Origin: Antedon mediterranea
Lineage: Eukaryota; Animalia; Echinodermata
Direction: 5' to 3'
NCBI RefSeq assembly: GCF_964355755.1
Contig: NC_092675.1
Coordinates: forward strand, 11,341,812-11,405,811
Length of the DNA stretch: 64,000 nucleotides
Every line of letters begins with the position of its first letter. The first letter of the stretch is position 1. Shown one piece after another: positions 13,481-26,116 of the stretch. The notes beneath the pieces were generated by a model. That model searched no databases. It was not told where the DNA came from and worked only from the letters and a program-made list of their open reading frames with translations. Both the position numbers and the translations under genes were made by a program.

Positions 13481-14689
13481 GATATCAGTTTCATCTAGCT
13501 AATTCAATTTTTCAGAGTATATTCCTTATGGCTAGATTGCGATGTGGTTATGTTTTCACGGTGCGCAATCAAAAATTACGCGGTCTACGCACGATTTAAC
13601 GAAATCATGTTTGTAATCATATCTTCACAATTATGAATCACAATTAAATAAAATTTGATAATCATAAATTTCAGGTCATATTTCATCATTTGGCAATAAA
13701 ATTACGTGCGTAGCGCATATAATGCATGCCTACGCGCGATTAAAATATTCAAAACTGTCAACATTTATTTACGATGAAATTAGAGTACTTTTTGCACGCG
13801 AACTGTGCGTTAAACGTTAATAGCACTCTTTTTGCCCGATTTCTGTTTTACAACCTTTCTTTAATAATATCATCATATTTGATTCACTTTTCAACTCGAA
13901 ATTACGTTATACGAGCACGTCAAAAGTGACAGGCTACGTATGTGTAAGTTATCAAAATGGTGAGAATATGCTAAATTTAGAAATTAATATAGATCGTCAG
14001 AATGCTCGGGAACACCTATTTTGCATTTCATTTTCTTAAAGTGTATATCATATGTATGATTTATTATGAAATTAAGAGAACATAAGTTGAATAAGTCATC
14101 ATTAATTGCATATTAAATTTTTTTTTAATAGATTCGACAATCAAACAAATGATGACATTTTCATAGGCCGAAATAACAAACTTAACATATATAAAAAATA
14201 TATCATATTTTAAATTTAAAAGTATATAGTTTGACAGTGCATCATTTTTTTATATTTTAAAGATGTCATCATAGTAAAAAATTATAATTCATTGCGGTAT
14301 TTAATAATCTGTCTCCACCAAAGTGGTTACTGCATAGTAAATACACGGAGGAATCTTTCTACAAAAACAACTTTTAGTCAGTTGTGATGTATGGTTCGGT
14401 GGTACCGAGATCGAGTCTTACCTTGGGAAACAAAACAAAATAAGAAGCTTAGAGACATAACAGCTTACTCAATATGTGTGCTCTTTCCAGGATGGCCGAC
14501 ATCTGAGCTCTAAACTGTTCATGCTATTTTTTTTTTTGCATTAAAAAAAAAATTGTTCAAAGAGCGCCAATTACGATTGGAACCTACATTTCTTTACAAT
14601 AGTAATATCAGGTCGATTGTGTGTTAATTTCTTATCCGTGTAAACTGTCCCAAGTAATTCGAATGTTTTTATTCTCTGTGACTGCTAAT

Positions 14690-15000
14690 GGCTGATGGTC
14701 ATACCATCTCTCTCTGGACGAGCATCTTGCATCCACTGATAATTTGTCCTACAGTTTCAGTAGAGTCTCCACACAATCTACATAACGGTGTTTCTGATCT
14801 ATACTGTATTTTATCGCATTCATTCTTAAAGCTTGAGCAGCTAGTATCAAACCTTCTGTATCCTTTCTTCAAAAAACCATTCCTAAGCCATCTCCAAGAA
14901 TCTCCTTGTAGGGCTTTCTCTTTCCAGCCCTTGGTTTTCTCCTCTTGCTACCTCTTCTGATAATGTATACGATTTTTTCCCATCTAAAACCTTCTCCTTT
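14690..15000 (-). pseudogene. Degenerate R4/Dong-like non-LTR retrotransposon fragment
   Basis: The minus strand reads as a CRLCGDSTETVGQIISGCKML zinc-knuckle region; homologous to 22130-22260. Confidence 0.6.
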
Positions 15001-15159
15001 AAAGCAAATTGCAGCATCCACTGTAGTATTTTTACTCTAGTCTACAGCTCACTATGTCGGTCGGTTATTCGGATGGTCGCTCCATTAATCAAAAACATAC
15101 AATTACAATTTAAAATATACATTATATAGGTCTAATAAAATACAAATTTACATTTGTCA

Positions 15160-16448
15160 CAGTGGCGGATCTAGCGGGGGGCGTGTGGGGCGTACGCCCC
15201 CACCCCCTATTTTTTAAAGATTTTTTTTTTTTTTTTTTAATTAAATAGATTTTAAAAACACGTATCATTTTCATAGTGAAAATAGTACGTCGGAGCACAT
15301 CGTCAGCTTGATCGCATTTCACCAAGCATGTACGTCGACATCCTTTGTGTACTATCAATCTCTAGTGTAGTTACCAACGATCATTCACAGTTAAGTGTAA
15401 AACTAAAAGGAGCAAGTTGATAAAAGCCACGTGGTGAGCTTGGTCGCGTTTTACTAAGCAGGTCGGCATCCTTTGTGATCGTCACTCCCGTATTGTAGAG
15501 TAGCGGTACGTACCTCCGACGATCAATAGAGTTTATGAAGTCACATGGTCAGTGCTACACTACGCGCCCATTTATTAAATACAATAAAAACAAAGGCTAG
15601 GACTGTAGTGCCTATGAAAATTATCCCGTTAGGCCTATATTTTATTAAAACATACTATTAAAATATTAACAATGCTGCATGCAGAATTTCATGACCCTTG
15701 TAGTGTTTTATTTGCTTTTCCGTCGATGATTCTCATAAACAAATCGCGATGACAAAAGGGGTGTTTTGTTTTTTTTCAAATCACTAAATATAATGTAATG
15801 ATGATCGAGCCGGACCGCTAATTTTTAAACGATCGTTTAAACCAGGTCGTTGAATATGCCGTGATTTTAATTGTCAAAAACATGATCGTCAGTCGATGGC
15901 TCGGAGTTTCGATAAATCTCGCGTCGCATGTGTTGCGTGGTGGTGGAAAACACTCTCAGCAAGTTTGCTTCATTAATATGCATGAGACTCTGTGACGACC
16001 CGCTTTAACGTGACGTCATTTTACTTTAGCTGCATGGATGATGGATGCGAAGAAGTAGTCACCGCGATCGACCCGGCGCGCGTGTAAGAAAATAATACCG
16101 GCCTAGGCTAGGACAAGTTTATGCTTATATACTTATATAAAAGCTGAAAAACATCGTCGCGTTGTAAAAATTTAGATGTAAAGTACAGGCAAGTTGTTAT
16201 CTTGCTTTGGTACCCTAGGTAAGTATCAGCTGCATGTTCCACATGTCGTAATTTGCGAGCTTTAGAGTGTTTGGTAAATGACATTATGAATTGTTTGTAA
16301 ATCGTTTTAAACGACTTACAATGCGCTAGAACGCCAAAATTTCAAGGGGCCTTCGGCCCCTGGACCCCGACCGGCCCCCAGCCAATGTTTGCTCGCTTCG
16401 CTCGCAAAGCTACGCCTCCCCTATTTCTAAATCCTGGATCCGCCCCTG
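15160..16448. mobile_element. Non-autonomous hAT-like element with 5-bp TSD
   Basis: TIRs CAGTGGCGGATCTAG / CTGGATCCGCCCCTG; TGTCA on both flanks. Confidence 0.75.
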
Positions 16449-16952
16449 TGTCAATTTCCCATGATGATTTCTATGAAAACACAAACACCCATGTTCTCTT
16501 GATCCAACGCCATTGATTGATGGTGTTCTTGATTTTGTATGTTAAATTATAAACTGTTTCCTACCAACTGGCTTTTGTATAAATTCTTGATAATTTTATC
16601 CGCCAAACCATTAAGAAGCCTAATCTTGCCTGAAGCCTGAAAATCTCATTATCTGATTAAAATGTTAAAAACAAGTTGCTGTTTACGGAATGTAGAATTC
16701 CTTCTTTTTATGAATTGTTAAGAAAATCAATATAGGCCTATGGCCTGATTGGTAGAATAAATACAAGCGAAAATGTGTTAGTCTCAACGATTATAAGCAA
16801 CGTCTTAGGTAATTCGAATATAGGTGGAATCCCATCCTGAGATGAGTAGTAGTAATTAGTCTTGTTTATTTTATTTCATTTAGGCCTATATGTGATTTTA
16901 ACTTTCTATGGACCAGAGATTCCGAAATAAAAGATTGAATGAATGAATGAAT

Positions 16953-19249
16953 AACTAGAAAGCCACTCCGAGAGGGCATACCTCCGCCTACTGTAAAATT
17001 CTCCTACATAAGATTTCTCCGGTAAAAAAAAAAATATTTATATTTGTGCGTGTCTTAATGCTGTTTGTGATTTAGGCTAATTTCATTACACTAGATGGTA
17101 CGCGAGCGAAGCCCACAGATGGTTCTCGAATACACAGTAATTTCAGCGTAACAAAACTGGCGATTTCAAATGTACGTGCCGCAGGACTATTGTCGTTTAC
17201 AGAAACGAATAAATAGACACGATGATTTATGTAGTCAACTAAAATTAGCACCCTGGGAATTACTTCCGAAGGAGAAACTTATCACAAAATGAGTCCAAAT
17301 TTTTGATTTGGACTCATTTAAAGAAACCCAATTTGTGTTTTGTATGGGTTTTTTTTATATTAGGGTTGAGGGATGGGAAAGGTACGGTAGGTACAAAGAG
17401 GAACAATTTTTAAATATATTCTTTATCCACTCAGTAACGAAATATTGTTTTCGTGTTTTATAGGCCTATAAATAATATACCTCTAAATACAGTAAAACAT
17501 TTGCGATTTAATACTTTGTTAAAACTGTCACTGTCATAATCGATTGAAATATTAAAGTACACCACTACGACGTTTATTTTATTGGTAATTATTAATTAAT
17601 ACAAACGTTGAGAAGGAACTGTCAGTATAAAGTGTATTTGTATATAATAATGTGTTTATATATCTAACAGTAGATCCTATCCACAATCTCAGTAATAAAG
17701 TTTATCTGTATATATTTTTACAGTACGAACATTCACAGTAAGAAATGTTCGATTCAAATGAGGACTAAAAATAGTTACAGTATTGTCAAAGTATTGCAAG
17801 TTTATTCTCAAAGGGCCCATATATTTACCTACCGTATGTGTTAAATCAAGGGCTCATAAATTTACCTACTTGTGCTAAACCAAACTCTGGCAGACTGAGA
17901 GATTGGGATGTTCCATTCATCGCAAATCAATACATTTGTATAATCATATATTAGATCTATCAAAATAGTATTTTTTAAAGAAAATCGGCCTGTCTTCAAC
18001 ATTATGATGGTGTACTCTAGCTGTTCAACCGGTTTTCAGCTATTAAAAACAATTATCGTAGGAGGAGATAGGAAAATGCGAAGCCTCCTCGCATTTTTGT
18101 GGCGGGTATTTTTCAAGACGGACATCCATTATATACCATCGAGTAAAAATTCTAGAAGTAAGGCGCGATTTACCGAATTTTGCCCTTACGTAAATTTATA
18201 TATAGAAGCATGTGTATGCGAGTTTGGTGTAATGGTTATGTAACAAAGCCTTTCAATTAACAATAGCTTCAGTCGACTAACAATAGAACAGCAACGCGAA
18301 AATCAAACGAGTGAATTTGAAAAGAAATAGGTTTTTTAAACTACTACCCGCATCAAAAAACGTGCACATTAAATCAGATTATGTTTTAAAATTACAAATC
18401 ACAAATTATAACTCTTGCCTCTTGTTCAAAAATGAAGTTTTTTGGACAAGTAGTTCTCGAGAAAATGCAATTTCAGTTTACTTGTTACTTTAAGACTGCT
18501 CGCCGGCTTTTGAAAAATTCTGTCCTATCTTTTAACACTATCAGGTCTAAAAAAGTATACTAAAAAGTGGTCCAGAATTGGGACTGTGGTCCCAAATGGT
18601 CCCAACATTTAATGGAATGGACCACATATATATATGTCTATTCATTTTGGTAAAGATCTTGTAATTACTTTTTGAGTAATCCTGCTAACAAACAAACAAA
18701 CAAACAAACTAGCCTTCGCGCATAGCGCGATACTTGGCCAAATCAAAATTGGCCTCCTAAACACACTTGACCTTGACCGATTTTAACCCGATCCAAGTTC
18801 AGTATATGTCATAAACCTCCCTTGTAAAATAAAAATAGAGACATAATTTCTCTAGATTTAATTATAAATCAGCCGTATAATTTATATACTAAGAAATATA
18901 CTTGAACAAACAATACGAATAATAAAAAAAAAATCTGATTTCGATTCATTTCCCAAGGTGAGACTCGATATATCTCGGTAACTTAAATGCTGTAGACACC
19001 AGCACAGACCACCGAGCCATACACGACTTACTAACATTTGAAGAAAGATTCCTATGTGTATTTACCACTGTGAGCGATAGAGCGATGACAAACACAAACA
19101 CAAACCGAACAATAGAACAGCAACGCGAAAAAATTTGGCCAAGTAACAAACACACAAACCAAACAGATCAACATACTTGGCCAATTTTCAATTTGGCCAA
19201 GTAACAAACACACGCTACCGATTACATATACCTCCTTGGCGGAGGTAAA
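16953..19249 (-). mobile_element. Helentron-associated non-autonomous element (HINE-like)
   Basis: On the minus strand: TTTACCTCCGCCAAGGAGG hairpin, (TTTG)n microsatellite, distal subTIR GGCGGAGGT, stem-loop and CTAGTT end. Confidence 0.65.
18706..19204 (-). mobile_element. Second HINE-like element nested in the (AAAC)n microsatellite of the first
   Basis: AACTAG plus stem-loop TCGCGCATAGCGCGA plus TACTTGGCCA at one end; TACTTGGCCAA...TTGGCCAAGTA hairpin at the other. Confidence 0.6.
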
Positions 19250-19572
19250 TAATCACAATATTTGTATATATATGAAACCACATCAACCTTATCAATCGGA
19301 TTTAGACGTTCATATGAAACTGCTGATCATCGTCGACATCTTCATAATGTAATCTTTTTTTGTACAATGCGAAGTTTCACTCCATTAATTTTCACAGGAT
19401 TTTTTTTGCATTTTGGCTTATCTGATTAAATAACTTGAAATTAAAGTAAATGTGGATGATACTCCCATGTTGGGACGAAAGTCAGACTGGCTAAAAGGAT
19501 TGGTCTTTGACAAGTAAATACAATACCATGGACTACCATTTAACTATTATTCTATTGGCTTTTTATGTGCAG

Positions 19573-19759
19573 ATTCGAACGGGTCTTCAGCATGGTGTTC
19601 TGAAGCAGAACCAGCCAAGCTGTCTTCCAACTGATGAGGTAACCATTGCCGAGAAGATGCGCGATGCAGGTTACTCAACACATATGGTTGGAAAATGGCA
19701 TCTTGGATTTTATGAAAATGCATGTATGCCAACAGAAAGGGGTTTCGATACTTTTTTGG
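19573..19759 (+). CDS. ARSB: Arylsulfatase B-like exon 2
   Basis: TGCAG acceptor; IRTGLQH...[13 protein letters not shown]...[10 protein letters not shown]; phase-1 GT donor. Confidence 0.93.
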
Positions 19760-21872
19760 GTAATTTTAGTTTCTTTTAACTTATTGGTTTGGACACTATC
19801 TGCATGACTATGTTGTCTTAGCATATCAGTTAAATTAATCAACAATGTGACACATAACATTAACAAACACCTTTAATATCACCAAGTGTAAGCATCATAA
19901 TCATCATACCACCCGAAAAGTCACTATAAAATAGATATGTTGTCCAGCCTTATTAAATGTAACCAAGTGAATTTACTTTACCAGATATTTATTAGTGATT
20001 CCAAATCTAGGTCTTTTTACTCGCATCTATAAAATAGCAATTTAGAACATGTAAAAAACACTCTAATTGATAACATACAAAGCAATGACTTTTCTATTTG
20101 TAATATTGTCTTAATTGTCTTAATATTGTGCCTAATTTCAAAAGGATTGATGCATTTCATCAAATACTGTGCCATAAAATAAAGATATTAGTAAAATTGC
20201 GTGAAAAATAGGTCATTGACCTATGACCCAAAATTGCAAGAATTTGATTTTCAGATGTACCAAAGTAGGCTATGTCTCACACAAAATTCATATTAAGACC
20301 AATGATAAAATATGTGCACTGAATTGACTCATCTCTCAGTCTATCTGTATATACCTATCTACACTGAAATGAATGATAACTTGAAAATTGTAGGCGTTAT
20401 CGTGCTAACACACATACATACAAAGCATGTACTATACTTGGAAAAAAATATTTTACTAAGTAACAAACAGACAAACACACGTGATCGGCTACATATACCT
20501 GCTTGACGGAGGTAAACAAACAAACAGACACATGCGATCGATTACATATACCTCCTCGGGCGGACATATTTTTCTGGAGATTTATTATCAATACCACTAG
20601 AAACTTTGACATGCTATGGGAATAAAAGCATCAGAAGTGTATTGAAAATCATGTTATAGATCATGATAAATCATATTACAATACACTCTACAATACACAA
20701 GTGTGTAGAGTGTTTTCAGGAAACCTGGACATATTGTACAATGAAACTATGTATTGGCATTCAAAAATATGCAAAAGACAGTGTTGATTGTTGACAAATT
20801 GTAGCCACAAAAAAACAGATGATAAAATGAAGAGCCATAAGAACATTGGGAGGGTGTGCAATTGTGTCGTGTCTCATATAGTGTCTCAGGATAATGATCA
20901 TGTAATGTCATTGTTTTATATAATTATACTAGCACCTGGAGAGGATTAGTTAATGGAGCCTGTGACAGCAGTGTAACTTTTATTCTAAAAGACAGAAACA
21001 TTTCGTTAAAAAAGCATAAAGAGGAAAACAAATCATGTAAAGTACTTTTTATCAGTTGAGAAACAAATTAGATATCATTATTAAAATTAAAGTATTTTTT
21101 AAATAAAAGCCTCCCTCGAATAAACGCTCTCCCCGCCCTCGATTTAAAATTGGATTAAGGAATAGTAGGATACGCATTGACGGTGACATCAAACGATTTT
21201 CCAATGCGCTCGCCTATAACAAAGCACTGCTGCCAATCAAACAAACACGCTATTTGAACTCCGTGGCCCTCTATAGGACGCTGCGAATCAACTGTTACAA
21301 TTTTTAGTCGACTCTACAGCTCACTATGTCGGTCGGTTGGTTGGTCGGTAAACACTAACTTGAGCACGTGACTGCAGCCATGTATATGGCCTTGTTTGAG
21401 AACAAAATGTAGGCATGTAGAAATCGTATGCGCAGTCTGATTTGTCTATTGACATGTCTGCGTCGATGATTAATTAACAGCAATATATTGCAATTATGTT
21501 TTAATTTCATTACAATCGGACTACGAAAAGTTCACTTTCTTATTTTAAGTAGTTGGTAATAATAATACAATATGCAAGTTTTATATTTGAAGTATCATAT
21601 TGTCCTGCAACCTCCTGAAATTAAAAATTGCGTTAAGCTATAGAATATTAAATTATGCATTTGACCATGTATTTCGTTACCGTGTGCAGTGGTTTGCAAT
21701 ACAACAAACGTGTTTTTAATATATGGCTAAGCATTGGTTTATTCATGAATATCATTAATTATCGATGTGATTATATTTAAATTGTAGTGCCTGGTGATTG
21801 GCTAGTGGTTATGTCATCCATATCACAGCAAATCACCGGGCCTAATCGTATCAAAACTGTTATTAACAAGAA

Positions 21873-22280
21873 TTATTATTATTATTATTATTATTATTTG
21901 TTATTGTTGTTGTTGTTGAAGCCAGTTCTTGGTATTTTTGTACCCTTTCTTTCTCTCTGTTTATGATGTTTTGGTACGCTGGCACAGCTATGTCAACCAA
22001 TGTCCATTCATGTGGGCCTACATTTCTTTACATTAGTAATATCCGGTCAATTGTGTTTTAATTTCTTGTCCGTGTAAACTATCATGTCCCAATACATTCG
22101 ATTCCGTATTTTCTGCAAATCTCCAAGTGTACCCCGCAATGCCGGCCACCTTGTCGTGACGCTTTCTATACTCTCTCTGGGCGAGCATCTTGCATCCACT
22201 GACAATACGTCTCACAGTTTCGGTACAGTCTCCACACAATCTATATAACGGTGTTTTCTGTTCTCTTTTGATGTCCACTT
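21873..22280 (-). pseudogene. R4/Dong-like non-LTR retrotransposon 3' fragment next to a (TAA)n tract
   Basis: RLCGDCTETVRRIVSGCKMLAQREYRKRHDKVA (CCHC knuckle plus RHD motif preceding a restriction-like endonuclease); (TTA)n at 21873-21900. Confidence 0.7.
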
Positions 22281-22399
22281 GCCTGATATCTGATCCACTT
22301 GATGTTAGTACCGTTTCGACATGCTATTCCTTATCACGGTTATCATGTTCTTCGCCCCACCATCTCTAAGCATTTGAGAATCCACGAATGTGGTACCAC

Positions 22400-23965
22400 T
22401 ACCATGTCGTATGCTTTTTTATAGTCTATCCACGCCATTGACAAGTTAGTCAATCTTGACAGGCAATTGGACGATAATTATTTGCCTGAGTACCCTTTGC
22501 ATGATTTTTTCTATGAAACGTCGATGACCGATCACGACGCTATTTTCACCGAAATCTCACAAGACTTCGTTAAAAACGATCATTTTCCAAAAACATTTCG
22601 TTCCTTCAAGAACTTTAACAAATAACGTTTTGTAAACGAACTAGAAAATGTTGAATGGGATAATCTATCCCGAATTATTGACGCCGATGAATTTATTGAT
22701 TTATTTTATATTTTTTTTACAAATTTTTAATCGTCATGCACCCATTGTCAGTAGGCGTTTTAGATCTAAACTACCTGCCTGGCTTATTGATAGGGATAAT
22801 TTGCTTGATCTTATGCACAGAGGATATCGAGCACGTAGTAAAGCAAAGAGAAGTAATTTAAAATGTGACTGGCGATATGCAAAAAAAAAACCCTAAAAAA
22901 CTAAGCGACTGGAGAATTACGAAATGCCAAATTAACATTTTCAATGATTTTATTAACTACTTCCGCCGGAGATTTTGGTAAGATGTGGGAAAGCCTTGGG
23001 CAGCTTTTCCCCAAAAACGCTCTCACTAAAAAACGAAAGATAATCACCTGTTTTCAGTTTTCAAACTGTTAGTCAGTAATGAAGTTGAGAGAGAGTTGCT
23101 CAGGGTCGATCCTAAGAAGGCCACTGGTCCGGACGGAATTGGGTGCAGGATCTTGAGGCTTGCAGCCAAACACATTTCAATACCTGTATACATATACCAT
23201 AAATCATTCTATTAAATCAAGCACATTCCCCTACATCAGGAAACAATCTCATGTCACCCCACCTACCCCATAAACAAATCTGGTGATACTCATGACTTAT
23301 ACAACTACAGATTTATTTTCATACTATGTAACTGCTCCAAAATCCTTTAAAAAATGATTCACACTCAACTTTAAAATCACCTCACTGAAAATATCGTTCT
23401 TTGTTCCAGTCAATCTGGTTTCAGATCCGGCTTCTATAACTGTTATACTAACATCAAGCGTGGCTTTCTCAGTTTTCATTGATCTCCGCAAGGCTTTTGA
23501 CCTTGTGGATCACCAACTTCTTGTAAATAAACTCCCTTATTACATACATATCTCCATCATCCTCACAACTTATTAAACCGTACTTATAAAATCGCACCCA
23601 ACATGTAAAATCGAATCCGTCATATCTTCTCCAAAAACTGTTCTTATGGGTATACCACAAGGTTCTCTCATTGGTTCATTACTTTTCACCATTCTTATTA
23701 ACGATCTTCCCAACATTATCAAACACTCAAACATGTACGCTGACGACACAATAATTTACAACTCATCACAACACCCAAAACAAATTGAAATTCACTTAAA
23801 TGCAGACCTCACTAATATAAAAAAAATGGCTCTCTCAAAATAATCTCATCAATACTAAGAAGACAACATCAATGCTCATTGGAACCCATAATAAACCAAG
23901 ATCATTCAAACACAGGGACATAATCTTGGAATAATCATAGACCTGACACTTCTTTTCGACCTCAT
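22400..23965 (+). pseudogene. Decayed L2/CR1-group LINE reverse transcriptase
   Basis: Frameshifted motifs KKATGPDGIG, QSGFR, DLRKAFDLVDH, GIPQGSLIG, INDLP, MYADDT. Confidence 0.8.
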
Positions 23966-24279
23966 ACACGGGGTGTGTAGAAAGCGACGACCTCGAATTG
24001 GACGACCCCAACGACCCGCCGGGCGACCTCGAATTGGACGACCTAGAATTGGACGACCCATAACACGAAACCGACGACCCCTAGCCTAGCCTAGCCTAGG
24101 CCTAAGTGTGGTATAACATCCCGAAGCCGAACATAGCCAAAGATCTTTAAACCATACCTTATCGCAAGCAAGCAATTGATTGAAAAAATACAGAAATATC
24201 GCCATTTGATACTGAATGTGTCGACACGAACAAACGAACAGATATAGAACGCCAAGAGTGTATCATTAAAACTGGAACA

Positions 24280-24460
24280 TGCAGCTTTAGAGTGTTTGGT
24301 AAATGACATTATGAATTGTTTGTAAATCGTTTTAAACGACTTACAATGCGCTAGAACGCCAAAATTTCGACCTTGGCGGCCCCCTGGCCCCCAGCCAATG
24401 TTTGCTCGCTTCGCTCGCAAAGCTACGCCACCCTATTTCAAAATCCTGGATCCGCCCCTG
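24280..24460 (+). mobile_element. Right-end fragment of the same hAT-like family as 15160-16448
   Basis: Near-identical to 16255-16448, ending CCTGGATCCGCCCCTG; no matching left end. Confidence 0.75.
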
Positions 24461-25255
24461 GCCTTTGTTAAACCTGGTTAAACCGTAACAATAATATAAA
24501 CATGCACGGTACTACACGCCGGGTAGCGATTTTTCGTACATAAGTTGGGGACCCCTCATGAAACGTCACAAAATAAACATGAATAATTCATCAGTTAAAT
24601 TTTCTTGTTCCGTGTGCACCCAAGCGTATAGCAACAAGAAGTGATTACACATTAGTGCTCCGCTGTTGTTGCGGCGTGCAATTTCATAGAAGAATAGCGG
24701 CGTTTTGTGTGGATTGTCGAAATAATCAGCCTTTAGTTTATGGTGTTTTTAATATAATTTATTACTAAAGAATTACGTGTTAAAATTATAGTTTCTATTA
24801 ATACTATTATGAACTATAGGGTCTTGGTTGTGGTAACAGTGTGTTTTCATAGTTGGTTAAGTATTAAATTTAAATCTCTAAAAATCACTTTAATCCTTCT
24901 AAATTGTAACACTATCTGTATTAGTAAGAGATATTAACAATTACCTAATACTAGAGCTATACTTTACTGTTTAACTCTGTAAAGACAAATATTTAGGAGC
25001 ATTTTTGGTTGTTTGAAAGCTAGGCCAACTCATGCCTGATTGACTTGCTTTCATAACCAGCTACTCTAACCGGGAAGGAGGTAGGTGTAGGCCTAGCAGT
25101 TACCGGCCTAGGCAGTGTTCGATATTTTCAATTGTTATTTATTTATTTATTTTGGATTATTTGGTCTAGGTAGTGTTGGACATTTTCAATTGTTATTATT
25201 GGTTTTAGTATTGGTTTGACTTTTTTGTATTTTTTTCGCTCAATAATAGATAGAA

Positions 25256-26116
25256 ATGCCCCCCAAAAAGAAATCAGTTCCCAAGGAAGGCAAAGTTTGT
25301 GGAGAATGTGACTCTTGTAGTCAGAATGTTATTGAGGAAGGTCTGCTCTGCAATCTATGCAATCTTTGGTTCCACAAAGGGTGTCAAAATGTCAGTGATA
25401 GCCTCTATCAATTGATTAATGCACATGGTAATAATGACTCGGTACATTGGTATTGTCGATCATGCAATACTACGGCAAAAGATATTATGAAGAACCTTTC
25501 CAGCATTGCAACAACACAAACTAAGCTAGCAAAGCATATTGAAGCAAATACTGAGAAAATTGATAAGATACTATCGAACCAAACAGAAATGTATTTAAAA
25601 ACTGAAGAAAGACTAGAAAAGAAGTTAATAAATAGCATGGAGGAGAAGTTTAGCGAGCATGAAGATAGAGAAAAGCGTAAAGCAAATATTATAGTGTATG
25701 AGATTGAAGAATCCGATAAAACTGAGTCTAATTTGAGGAAAAAAGATGATTGGGAGAACGTAGTTCAATTTCTTCATGGACTTGATATACAGCATGTGGA
25801 TAGTAAAATCAGAACTTTCTTCCGTTTAGGCAAACGAGAACCTAATAAAAGACGTCCTATTAAATTAGTTTTCTATGATATAAGAGACAAGGAGCTTATA
25901 CTTAAGAATGCATGGGATAAAAAAATTAAAGGGGTTAGAAGAGACCGAAGCAAGTTAGATCGTGACCGGTTTAATACGCTGAAAGTCGAGAAAGAGAGAA
26001 GAGAGCAAGCTGGTGAGACCAATTTAATGATAAGAAACTACGAGATTGTGAAGGTGCCCTTTCGGACAAGCCCAAACCACAACCCTCAGGTCAAACAATA
26101 CCAGGCACAACACTAA
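25256..26116 (+). CDS. LINE ORF1p (PHD finger, coiled coil, L1/CR1 ORF1-type C-terminal region)
   Basis: CxxC...CxxC...WFHxxC...WYCxxC; RKANIIVYEIEE; RLGK...RPIKL. Confidence 0.88.
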   Translation: MPPKKKSVPKEGKVCGECDSCSQNVIEEGLLCNLCNLWFHKGCQNVSDSLYQLINAHGNNDSVHWYCRSCNTTAKDIMKNLSSIATTQTKLAKHIEANTEKIDKILSNQTEMYLKTEERLEKKLINSMEEKFSEHEDREKRKANIIVYEIEESDKTESNLRKKDDWENVVQFLHGLDIQHVDSKIRTFFRLGKREPNKRRPIKLVFYDIRDKELILKNAWDKKIKGVRRDRSKLDRDRFNTLKVEKERREQAGETNLMIRNYEIVKVPFRTSPNHNPQVKQYQAQH

